Shown: positions 17,933-27,745 of the stretch, piece after piece
How positions within the stretch are numbered: the stretch's first letter is position 1
How the letters are laid out: every line of letters starts with the position of its first letter
DNA from: Oscillospiraceae bacterium
GTDB taxonomy: Bacteria > Bacillota > Clostridia > Oscillospirales > Oscillospiraceae
Direction of reading: 5' to 3'
Length of the DNA stretch: 64,000 nt
NCBI GenBank assembly: GCA_902778115.1
Contig: CACYWG010000003.1
Coordinates: forward strand, 9,891 to 73,890
Program-made: the position numbers and the translations under genes
Notes under the pieces: generated by a model
Told to the model about the DNA's origin: nothing
The model's database searches: none
Seen by the model: the letters and a program-made list of their open reading frames with translations, nothing else

Positions 17933-17964
17933 CAAAACCGGCTGTGACGTCCGTCACAGCCGGT
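17933..17964 (-). terminator. Intrinsic terminator downstream of pnp
   Basis: ACCGGCTGTGACG-TC-CGTCACAGCCGGT, followed by a TTTT run when read on the reverse strand. Confidence 0.75.
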
Positions 17965-17983
17965 TTGCTGATAAAACCTGTAT

Positions 17984-19986
17984 TTACGCTTCGCCGCGCT
18001 CGCGCAGAGCGTCCTTGCGGCTGAGGTCGATGCCGCGGGGGCCGATGTTCATGACCTTGACCCAGGTCATGTCGCCGACCTTCAGCACGTCCTCGACCTT
18101 CTCGGTGCGCTTGAACTCGAGGTCCTTGATCTTCACAAGGCCGTCCTTGCCCGGGGCCAGTTCGACCCAGGCACCGAAGTCGGAGCGGATGTTGGACACC
18201 TTGCCGTAGTACAGCGCGCCGATCTCGGGCTCGAAGACGATGTCCTCGATGGTCTTGCGCGCGGCGCGGCAGGCCTCGATGTCGCTGGAGGCGATGAAGA
18301 TGGAGCCGTCGTCCTCGATGTCGATCTTGCAGCCGGTGTCGGCGGTGATCTTCTGGATGACCTTGCCGCCGGAGCCGATGACCTCGCGGATCTTGTCGGG
18401 GTTGATCTTCATCTGGCAGTCTTGGCCAGCTCCTTGCGGGGCTCGGGGATGGCCTTGAGGAGGATCGCGTCAAGGATCTGGAAGCGGGCTTCCTTGGTGA
18501 TGGCGAAGGCTTCCTCAATGATCTCGTGCTTGAGGCCGTCGTTCTTGAGGTCCATCTGGATGGCGGTGATGCCCTGCTTGGTGCCGGCCACCTTGAAGTC
18601 CATCTCGCCGTGGAAGTCTTCCACGCCCTGGATGGGGAACGCCGGCGTCCATCAGAGCGAGCGTGGTGCCGCAGATGGAGCCCTGGGAGGTGGAGCCGTT
18701 GGAGGAGAGCACTTCAGAGACGACGCGGATGGCGTAGGGGAAGTCCTCAACCTCGGGGATCACGCACTGCAGCGCCTTCTCGACCAGGGCGCCGTGGCCG
18801 TACTCGCGGCGGCCGGTGCTGCGCTGGGCGCGGGCCTCGCCGGTGGAATAGGCGGGCATGTTGTAGTGGTGCATGAAGCGCTTCTCTTCCTCTTCCCAGA
18901 TGGTGTCGAGCTTCTGGGATTCGCTGAGGGTGGCGAGGGTGGCGATGGAGAGCACCTGGGTCTGGCCGCGGGTGAAGAGGCCGGAGCCGTGAACCACGGG
19001 GATCACGCCGACTTCGGCAGCCAGAGGACGGATCTCGTTCATCTTGCGGCCGTCGACGCGCTTGCCGGCCAGCAGCCACTTCTTGACGACCTTCTTCTGC
19101 AGCTTGTAGAGGATCTCGTCCATGTAGTTCATGAGGTCGGGATGCTCTTCGCCGTATTTCTGCTCGACCATGGTGATCCAGTCGTTGACGCGGGCTTCGC
19201 GGACGTTCTTGTCGTCGGTGTCCATGCAGTATTCCATGGACTCGAACTCGTTGGCAACCAGCTTCTCGAACAGCTCGTCGTCGAAGGAGGCGTGCTCATA
19301 CTCGAACTTGGGCTTGCCGATCTCGCGCACCATCGTGTCGATCAGGTCGAGCACGGGCTGCAGATGCTCGTGCGCCTCGACGATGCCCTGATACATGACC
19401 TTGTCGGGGACCTGGTCGGCCTCGGACTCGATCATGACGATCTTCTTGTGGGTGGCGGCGACGGTGGTGATCATGCGGTTATGCTTGCGCTCTTCCTGGG
19501 TGGGGTTGAAGAGGTACTTCTCACCGTCCCAGCCGAGCACGATGCCGGCGATGGGGCCGTTGAAGGGCACGTCGGAGATGCTGACGGCGGCGGAGGCGCC
19601 GATCATGGCGGTGATCTCCGGGCTGCAGTCGCGGTCGACGGAGAGCACTTCGCAGGCGATGACGACGTCGTTGCGCAGGTCGCTCGGGAAGAGCGGGCGC
19701 ATCGGGCGGTCGATCAGGCGGGAGGCCAGCACGGCGGGCAGGCTGGGCTTGCCCTCACGGCGCATGAAGCTGCCGGGGATGCGGCCGACGGCGTAGAGCT
19801 TCTCGTTGAAGTCCACGGGCGGGCGGAGGCGGTGCAGGTGACGAGCACGGTGGTTTCGCCGTACTTGACCAGGACCGCGGCGTTGCAGAGCTCGGCCATC
19901 TTGCCCACTTCCATGGACAGGGGGCGGCCCTCATACATCATTTCATACTTGCGGTAGTTCGGGAACTGCTTGTTGGTGATGATCAT
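17984..19986 (-). pseudogene. pnp: Polynucleotide phosphorylase, disrupted by three short out-of-frame internal deletions (four ORF fragments)
   Basis: Four track ORFs carry consecutive PNPase segments in different frames: 19714..20106, 18515..19816, 18409..18624 and 17984..18412. At ~19816/19817, ...VTCTASARP joins directly to VDFNEKLYAVGRIPGSF, with the conserved ..DFFPL.. segment missing. At ~18633/18634, LALMDAGVP joins to IQGVEDFHGEMDFKVAGT, with ~24 aa including PVAG.AMGL missing. At ~18414/18415, RKELAKTA joins to MKINPDKIREVIG, with ~4-5 aa missing. The span is 2003 nt, not a multiple of 3. The start ATG is at 19986, with AAAGGAAC upstream. Confidence 0.8.
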
Positions 19987-20098
19987 AGTTCTGTTCCTTT
20001 CTTTTGTTCCCGGCCCTTCAGCACTTGGTACAGAGCCCGCGGCAGCAGGCGCTCTATCAAATACTGACCGACCGGTGATTGAATGACTTGCGAAAGTA

Positions 20099-20137
20099 AA
20101 AAACACAGGGAGACAGTATTCACTTGTCTCCCTGTGT
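20099..20137 (-). terminator. rpsO terminator / rpsO-pnp intercistronic hairpin
   Basis: CACAGGGAGACA-N10-TGTCTCCCTGTG, followed by TTTTT on the reverse strand. It sits between the rpsO stop and the pnp start. Confidence 0.75.
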
Positions 20138-20174
20138 CAAACCTTCATACGCTTCAGATGCAAACGTCCGGCAA

Positions 20175-20441
20175 TTACTTGCGGATGTTCAGCTTGGCGA
20201 TGATCGCGCGGTAACGCTCGATGTCCTTCTTCGCCAGATAGTCCAGCATGCGGCGGCGCTTGCCGACGAGCTGGTACATGCCCAGACGGCTGTGGTCGTC
20301 GTTGGGATGCTGCTTGAGGTGCTCGGTGAGCTCGCGGATACGCTCGGTCCAGATGGCGACCTGGACTTCGGGAGAGCCGGTGTCGCCCTCGTGCACGGCA
20401 TTGGCTTCGATAACGCCGGTCTTCTTTTCCTTGGTGATCAT
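20175..20441 (-). CDS. rpsO: 30S ribosomal protein S15
   Basis: Track ORF trimmed to MITKEKKTGVIEANAVHEGDTGSPEVQVAIWTERIRELTEHLK...; 88 aa, the S15 pattern. Confidence 0.93.
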   Translation of the reverse strand: MITKEKKTGVIEANAVHEGDTGSPEVQVAIWTERIRELTEHLKQHPNDDHSRLGMYQLVGKRRRMLDYLAKKDIERYRAIIAKLNIRK

Positions 20442-20547
20442 GGTGATGTTTCCCCTTTCAATGATATCTATACCCAGCGGCCGGGAAACGGGGCGGAAAG
20501 GACGCCGCATCGGCGGCATGACCCCGGATCGCAGTGCGCGGGCGTTC
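20442..20547 (-). promoter_or_regulatory. rpsO 5' leader (~105 nt), candidate S15 autoregulatory element
   Basis: The leader is defined by the consensus promoter at 20554-20582. It is GC-rich and structured (e.g. GCCGCCGATGCGGCG). S15 is known to repress its own mRNA through leader structures in several phyla. The structure class was not identified here. Confidence 0.3.
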
Positions 20548-20553
20548 CGTAGC

Positions 20554-20582
20554 ATATTAGCATGGAAGCGGCCGGATGTCAA
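20554..20582 (-). promoter_or_regulatory. Sigma-A promoter of rpsO
   Basis: Reverse strand TTGACA (20577-20582), a 17-nt spacer, then TAATAT (20554-20559). Confidence 0.55.
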
Positions 20583-20646
20583 CAAAATTTTGCCGGCCGC
20601 TGCCCGTTTTTTCTGCCGGCGCGGGCGCGCAAATCTGCCTTCTCTG

Positions 20647-20675
20647 TTGAAAAGCGCAGCGGCCTGTGATATAAT
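20647..20675 (+). promoter_or_regulatory. Sigma-A promoter (extended -10) of the CotH-family gene
   Basis: TTGAAA (20647-20652), a 17-nt spacer ending in TGa, then TATAAT (20670-20675). Confidence 0.55.
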
Positions 20676-20722
20676 TTAACACAATTCATTTTCTCGTTTT
20701 CTTTTGTCAGGAGACCGATCCC

Positions 20723-23128
20723 ATGAAAAAGCGACCCATCGCGCTGCTGATCGCGGCAGCTTTTCTGCTCAGTGCCTGCAGTGCCCCTCCGGCGCCCGCT
20801 CCGGCGGAAACGGCGGCACCCGCAGACGAGCCGTCCGTCGTCGAAGCTTCCTCTCCCGCGCCGAGCCGCGCGCCGCAGCCCGCGTCATCCGAAATGGGAA
20901 AGCTGTGTTTTTCGGAGATCATGCCGAAAAACCGCGCCACGCTCGCCGCCGGGGACGGCGGCTTCCACGACTGGATCGAACTGGAAAACCTGTCCGCCGA
21001 GTCCGTATCCCTGGACGGCTGGGCCATCTCCGACGGGCCGGATCAAAGGCCCTGGCCTCTGCCCTCCCGGACGCTGGCGCCGGGCGAATACTGCCTGATT
21101 TTCGCCGCCGGCGAGCAGGCCTCTTCGGAAGATATGGCGCCTTTTGCGCTCTCGGCAGACGAAACGCTGTGCCTGTTCGCGCCCTCCGGCGCGCTGATTG
21201 ACGAGCTGTTCTGCCCGGAGCTGCAGGCCGACGAAGCCCTTGCCCGGGACCCGGACGAAGCTGCGGTGAGGACCTTCTGGGCCACCCCGGGCTTCCCCAA
21301 CACAGACGCGGGCTACGAGGCCTTCGCCGCCTCGCGCGCTGCAGCCGGCCCGCTCGTCATCAGTGAGGTCACCGCGGCCGAGTACAGCTATCCCGCCGTG
21401 CGCGGTGCGGAGCGCAGGGACTGGGTGGAGATCCAAAACATCTCCGACCGGGAGATCACGCTGAACGATTACCTGCTCTGGGACAGCGGCGGCGAGCCCT
21501 TCCGTCTGCCGGATCGGACGCTGGCGCCCGGAGAGCTCACGCTCATCGTCTGCGGCGGCGACGGGGCGGAGGACGCGCCCTTCTCGCTCGACGCGGAGTA
21601 TGAGCGCCTGTTCCTCGGCACGGAGAGTGCGATCTGCGACTGGCTCGTGCTGCATGATCTGCCCGTAGATGGCAGCTGCGGCCGCACGGAGGATGCGCCC
21701 GGCTTCTTTTACTTCTGCACCCCGACGCCCGGAGAAAAGAACGGGGAGGGCCTGCGCATGGTGAGCGCGGCGCCCGAAGCGCTGACGCCGGACGGGATCT
21801 ACGACGGTGTGGACGCGCTGGATGTATCTCTGTCCGCGCCGGGCCGGATCCATTATACCCTCAACGGCTCGCTCCCGAGTGAGGAAGACGCGCTCCTGGA
21901 CGGCAGCCTCTCGCTGACGGGCACCACGGTCCTGCGCGCCATTGCCGTGGAGGACGGAAAAGCGCCCAGCCCGGCCGTGAACCTGAGCTATATCATCAAT
22001 GAACACCACAGCCTGCCGGTGCTGAGCCTTGCGCTGGATGATCCGGCCCTTTTCCGCACCGTTTATCTGCGGGTCTACAACGGCGTCGAGCTCCCCGGCT
22101 GCCTTTCCTATTATGAAGACGGGCGCAGCTTCACCATGCCCTGCGGGATGCAGCTGTCCGGCTCCGGCAGCCTGGCTCTGCCGAAAAAGAGCCTGGCCAT
22201 CCAGTTTCGCAGCTGCTACGGGGACGGCTCGCTCGACTGCGATCTCTTCGACAGCGGCGTGAGCAGCTACGCCTCGCTGCAGCTACGCGCCGGGGAGGCC
22301 AATCCCACGACGATCATCCAGAGCGATCTGTTCCAGGACCTGTGTCTGGAGATGTCGGACGAAGCCGTGACCCAGCACAGCAAGCACTGCATCCTGTACA
22401 TCAACGGCAGCTACTACGGCATCTACTGCCTGAAGGAAAAATTCTCCGCCCAATACTACGCCTCGCTCAAGGGCGTCTCCAAAAGCAGCGTCACCGTGCT
22501 CAAATACCCGGTCGCGCCGGACTCCTCTTTTGCGCGGGAGGTGCTCGTTTTCTGCCGCAGCGCCGATCTCGCGGATCCCGTGCAGTACGCGCGCTTCTGT
22601 GAGCTGGTGAACGTGGACAGTCTGATCGACTGGTATCTGATCGAGGGGCTCAGCGGCAACCCTGATATCGGCGGCAACCTGCGCGTCTTTCGTTCCACGG
22701 AGGACGGCGGGCGCTGGTCCTTCGCGCTCTACGACCTGGACTGGGGCTTTCAGGACAGCGAGTCCATCTTCCGGAACCTGACCCTGGACAACAAATACCA
22801 CACCGGTCAGATCAAAACCATCATGAACGCCGCCATGCGCAGCGAGGACTTCCGCGACCGGATCCTCTCCCGCTATGCCTCCGTCTGGGATACGGCGCTG
22901 TCCAACGAACGCTTTCTCGCGCAGCTGGACGCCTACGAGCAGCGCCTCGCGCCGGAGGTTTCCCGCGACCGCCAGCGCTGGAGCGGTTCGGAAGCCGAGT
23001 GGCGCATCAAAATGGAGGAGCTTCGCAGCTTCATCCGGGACAAGGACCCGCAGCACCTCGGCGTGGAGCGCTTCTGCGAGATCTGGGACGTCTCCCCCGC
23101 CACGCGGGCCGAATACTTCGGCTGGTAA
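20723..23128 (+). CDS. CotH-family protein kinase-like lipoprotein with two lamin-tail (LTD) domains and a chitobiase/Fn3-associated domain
   Basis: 801 aa with the lipobox MKKRPIALLIAAAFLLSACS. Two LTD-like segments are present (FSEIMPKN...HDWIELENLS and ISEVTAAE...RDWVEIQNIS). A GRIHYTLNGSLPSEED segment follows, then a CotH-like C-terminal half (YYGIYCLKEKF, NLRVFRS...RWSFALYDLDWGF). Confidence 0.75.
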   Translation: MKKRPIALLIAAAFLLSACSAPPAPAPAETAAPADEPSVVEASSPAPSRAPQPASSEMGKLCFSEIMPKNRATLAAGDGGFHDWIELENLSAESVSLDGWAISDGPDQRPWPLPSRTLAPGEYCLIFAAGEQASSEDMAPFALSADETLCLFAPSGALIDELFCPELQADEALARDPDEAAVRTFWATPGFPNTDAGYEAFAASRAAAGPLVISEVTAAEYSYPAVRGAERRDWVEIQNISDREITLNDYLLWDSGGEPFRLPDRTLAPGELTLIVCGGDGAEDAPFSLDAEYERLFLGTESAICDWLVLHDLPVDGSCGRTEDAPGFFYFCTPTPGEKNGEGLRMVSAAPEALTPDGIYDGVDALDVSLSAPGRIHYTLNGSLPSEEDALLDGSLSLTGTTVLRAIAVEDGKAPSPAVNLSYIINEHHSLPVLSLALDDPALFRTVYLRVYNGVELPGCLSYYEDGRSFTMPCGMQLSGSGSLALPKKSLAIQFRSCYGDGSLDCDLFDSGVSSYASLQLRAGEANPTTIIQSDLFQDLCLEMSDEAVTQHSKHCILYINGSYYGIYCLKEKFSAQYYASLKGVSKSSVTVLKYPVAPDSSFAREVLVFCRSADLADPVQYARFCELVNVDSLIDWYLIEGLSGNPDIGGNLRVFRSTEDGGRWSFALYDLDWGFQDSESIFRNLTLDNKYHTGQIKTIMNAAMRSEDFRDRILSRYASVWDTALSNERFLAQLDAYEQRLAPEVSRDRQRWSGSEAEWRIKMEELRSFIRDKDPQHLGVERFCEIWDVSPATRAEYFGW

Positions 23129-23142
23129 AATACGATATAAGG

Positions 23143-23173
23143 AAACAGCCGCCGGCAATGCCGGCGGCTGTTT
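23143..23173. terminator. Bidirectional intrinsic terminator
   Basis: AAACAGCCGCCGGC-AAT-GCCGGCGGCTGTTT between convergent genes. Confidence 0.8.
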
Positions 23174-23187
23174 GTTGTTTACAGAGC

Positions 23188-24645
23188 TTAGTTGCTGATG
23201 GGATGGTGGACCTCCGGGGTCGTCATGTCGATGCCCTTGAAGGTGTAGCCGTTTTCCAGGCCCCACTGGATCAGGCGTTCCACGACGAATACGTTCCAGC
23301 CTGCGGTATCATGCTGCAGAGAGATGGGAGGCTCTTCCCCCGCTTCGCAATACTCGTACGCGCCGTAGCGCAGCGTGACAAACGAGCGGTCGAGATCCAC
23401 GTTCTCGTCGTCCGGCTCCGGCTGGATGTTCCAGTCATAATAGCGGTAGCCCATGGTGGTCAGATCCTCGGCCAGCGCGGTCATGATGCCGGGGCAGAAG
23501 GCGGCGCTGGAGGAGTTGGAGCTTCCGCCGACAAAGCGGACGATGCGGGTGTATTCCCCGGTTTGCTCCTTGATGACCTCCTGCATTTTGTCGAAGTTGT
23601 CGAAATAAGCTTCCTCGCTGGCGTAGATCACGCTGGCGTCGTGCTTGTAGGCGTGCAGACCGATGCTGTGGCCCTCCCGGTAGGCGCGGCCGATCATATC
23701 GACATAGCGGGGGTCGGAATAGGTGACGAAGAAGGTGACCTTGGCGTCATACTTGGCCAGCATGTCCAGCAGCGCTTCCGTGGTCTCGGCCGGGCCGTCG
23801 TCAAAGGTCAGGTAGATCACCTTCTCCTGCAAAACGGTCTCGGGCATCTCGGCCGGCACGACCTCGATCGTGCGCGTCCTGGTCACCGTCTGTCCGAAAT
23901 CGTCGGTCACGGTGTAGGTGAACTCATAGCTGCCCGGCTCCCAGGGGACGATCTCGCCCGTGACTTCGAGGCGGTCCGAAAGGTCGCGCCCGTACATGTC
24001 CACGGCGGTCACGCCCGGCTCGAAGAAGCGGTAGTCCGCGGGGATCTGGACGCTCTCGCCGCCCTCGAATTCCAGGATCGGGCCCTTCACGCGCTCCGCA
24101 CTCGCCTCGTTGCCGGAGGAATCGCGCACGGTGTAGACGATCCGGTCGGCTTCCTCCGTCCGCTGCACCCGGTCGGTGATGTCGCCGTCGGCGTTGTCAA
24201 GGGCGCTGTAGTCCGGGTCACCGGGCTCGCCGAGCAGCGTGAGCTCCGGCGGCACGGTATCCTGCACGGTCACGGTCCGGCTGACGCCGGCGACCTTTTC
24301 GCCGTCAATGATAACGCTGTAGCTGACCTCCGCGGTGCCGAGCTTCCGGGTATCGACCGCCGAAGGCTCGATTGCCAGCGGCTGACGGCTTCCGTCCGCG
24401 CTGACCAGCCAGGCCTCGGCGCCCGGATCGGTATAGTCCTGGCCGTATTCCAGGACGACCTCCTTGTCGCCGATCAGTTCGATCTCGGCGTGCGGCGGCT
24501 CGGTGTTGCCCGGAAGATCTGGGAGATCCTGGAGAGCCGGAAGATCCGGGATCACATCTTTGAAACGAGGGCCGGGCATAAAGAGAATCACACAGAGCGC
24601 GGCCACTGTCAGCAGCAGGATCAGCCAAAGGATCGCTTTTTTCAT
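23188..24645 (-). CDS. Membrane-anchored polysaccharide deacetylase (NodB homology domain) with N-terminal Ig-like repeats
   Basis: 485 aa. It has an N-terminal TM anchor, two Ig-like segments (TVQDTVPPELTLLG...), and the NodB motifs LTFDDGP and HAYKHD. Confidence 0.8.
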   Translation of the reverse strand: MKKAILWLILLLTVAALCVILFMPGPRFKDVIPDLPALQDLPDLPGNTEPPHAEIELIGDKEVVLEYGQDYTDPGAEAWLVSADGSRQPLAIEPSAVDTRKLGTAEVSYSVIIDGEKVAGVSRTVTVQDTVPPELTLLGEPGDPDYSALDNADGDITDRVQRTEEADRIVYTVRDSSGNEASAERVKGPILEFEGGESVQIPADYRFFEPGVTAVDMYGRDLSDRLEVTGEIVPWEPGSYEFTYTVTDDFGQTVTRTRTIEVVPAEMPETVLQEKVIYLTFDDGPAETTEALLDMLAKYDAKVTFFVTYSDPRYVDMIGRAYREGHSIGLHAYKHDASVIYASEEAYFDNFDKMQEVIKEQTGEYTRIVRFVGGSSNSSSAAFCPGIMTALAEDLTTMGYRYYDWNIQPEPDDENVDLDRSFVTLRYGAYEYCEAGEEPPISLQHDTAGWNVFVVERLIQWGLENGYTFKGIDMTTPEVHHPISN

Positions 24646-24695
24646 GGCACTTGTCCTCTTTCTTTCTATGAATCCGGGCGATTCGTATTATTATT

Positions 24696-26516
<1,821 letters not shown>

Positions 26517-26609
26517 ATGTTGTAACTCCTTGCTGCATTTACGTGACAGTGAATTTTATCATTCCGTCCCCAAAAAAGCAACAGTTTCTGTGCATTTTCC
26601 CCGAGGTCG

Positions 26610-26638
26610 TTGCTTTTTTTTGCGCGGCATGCTACAAT
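26610..26638 (+). promoter_or_regulatory. Candidate promoter (extended -10) of the yfbR-like gene
   Basis: TTGCTT (26610-26615), a 17-nt spacer, then TGcTACAAT (-10 at 26633-26638). The -35 lies in the right arm of the A6GCAAC/GTTGCT6 hairpin (26572-26619). Confidence 0.4.
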
Positions 26639-26672
26639 GGCAAAACACAAACACAGAAAGGCGCTGCAAAGC

Positions 26673-27260
26673 ATGAGCGACAACTTTTTTGCCTATATCT
26701 CCCGCATGCGCTATATCGGCCGCTGGAGCCTGATGCGCAACTCCCTGCCCGAAAACATTCAGGAGCACAGCCACATGGTGGCCGTGATCGCCCACGCGCT
26801 GGGCGTGATCCGGCGCGACGTGTTCGGCGTTCCCTGCGACCCGAACGAGGCCGCCGCCGTGGCGCTCTACCACGACGCAAGCGAGATCCTCACCGGCGAC
26901 CTGCCCACGCCGATCAAATACCACAGCGCAGACATCCGCGGCGCCTACCAGCAGGTGGAAAAGCTCGCCTGCGACAAGCTCCTGGCCACGCTTCCGGACG
27001 AGCTGCGCCCGGCCTATGAGCAGCTCCTGACCGGCGAAACGCAGGAGCGCCTGCACGATCTCGTCAAGGCCGCCGACAAGCTCTCGGCCTACATCAAGTG
27101 CATCGAGGAGCGCAAGGCCGGCAACAACGAGTTTCTCTCCGCCGAAAAGCAGACCCGCGCCGTGCTGGAGGCATCGAAGCTGCCCGAGGTCGGCTTTTTT
27201 CTGGAGCACTTCATCCCCGCCTTCGAGCTCAACCTCGACGAGCTGGGAACGATCGAATAA
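26673..27260 (+). CDS. yfbR: 5'-deoxynucleotidase, HD-domain (YfbR family)
   Basis: Track ORF trimmed to MSDNFFAYISRMRYIGRWSLMRN. ENIQEHSHMVAVIAHAL and YHDASEILTGDLPTPIKY closely match E. coli YfbR as I recall it. Confidence 0.88.
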   Translation: MSDNFFAYISRMRYIGRWSLMRNSLPENIQEHSHMVAVIAHALGVIRRDVFGVPCDPNEAAAVALYHDASEILTGDLPTPIKYHSADIRGAYQQVEKLACDKLLATLPDELRPAYEQLLTGETQERLHDLVKAADKLSAYIKCIEERKAGNNEFLSAEKQTRAVLEASKLPEVGFFLEHFIPAFELNLDELGTIE

Positions 27261-27264
27261 ATGC

Positions 27265-27285
27265 GGAGTTCGGAATTCGGAATTG
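27265..27285 (+). repeat. Heptamer array GGAGTTC GGAATTC GGAATTG, merging into the DUF896 ribosome-binding site
   Basis: Three tandem units. The last unit runs into GAGG (27285-27288), 8 nt before the ATG at 27296. Confidence 0.85.
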
Positions 27286-27295
27286 AGGAAAACGT

Positions 27296-27502
27296 ATGGA
27301 ACAGAGTAAAATCGACCGCATCAGCGAGCTGGCGCACCTGGCGAAGGAGCGCACGCTGACCGCGGAGGAACTGGCCGAGCGCGATGCGCTTCGCAAGGAA
27401 TACATCGCCGCCTGGCGCGAGAGCACCATCGCCGTGCTGGAGAACACTTACATCCAGACCCCCGACGGCAAAAAGCACAAGCTGAAAAAGAGGGAAAAAT
27501 AA
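27296..27502 (+). CDS. DUF896 (YnzC/UPF0291-like) small protein
   Basis: 68 aa. MEQSKIDRISELAHLAKERTLTAEELAERDALRKEYI... fits this family's helical-hairpin pattern. Confidence 0.75.
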   Translation: MEQSKIDRISELAHLAKERTLTAEELAERDALRKEYIAAWRESTIAVLENTYIQTPDGKKHKLKKREK

Positions 27503-27537
27503 GCAGGCAAAGGCTTTGAAGAAGTCCGAAACAGGAC

Positions 27538-27686
27538 GTAGGGGCTGCCGCCCTCGGCAGCCCGGCGGGAAAAATCAATAAGAAATAATCTCCGGCGAAT
27601 TCGGGCTTCGGACCCGTTTTCGCCGGAGATTTCTTTTACAGTTTTCTTTCCTTGCTGCGCGGGCTGCCGAGGGCAGCAGCCCCTAC
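27538..27686. repeat. 27-bp near-perfect inverted repeat (26/27) enclosing a 95-bp spacer that contains a terminator
   Basis: The left arm is GTAGGGGCTGCCGCCCTCGGCAGCCCG (27538-27564) and the right arm is CGGGCTGCCGAGGGCAGCAGCCCCTAC (27660-27686). Each arm is itself a small GCTGCCG..CGGCAGC-type palindrome. Confidence 0.85.
27588..27637 (+). terminator. Intrinsic terminator of the yfbR-DUF896 unit (inside the inverted repeat)
   Basis: ATCTCCGGCGAA-N19-TTCGCCGGAGAT, followed by TTCTTTT. Confidence 0.7.
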
Positions 27687-27745
27687 AAGCAAGCATGACC
27701 CTTTCCTTCTATAGGTATGTTTTCACATCCCTTTTCAGGAAACGA

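Noticed and set aside
17984-18412. 142-aa KH+S1 ORF (and the 71-aa ORF 18409..18624) as independent small RNA-binding proteins
   Set aside because: They are consecutive C-terminal pieces of PNPase in shifted frames with no RBS of their own, so they are better explained as fragments of a disrupted pnp.
26572-26619. A6GCAAC-N26-GTTGCT8 hairpin between divergent typA and yfbR as a terminator or sRNA
   Set aside because: There is nothing upstream to terminate on either strand. The loop is long (26 nt), and the right arm coincides with the -35 of the candidate yfbR promoter. It is probably incidental or promoter-associated.
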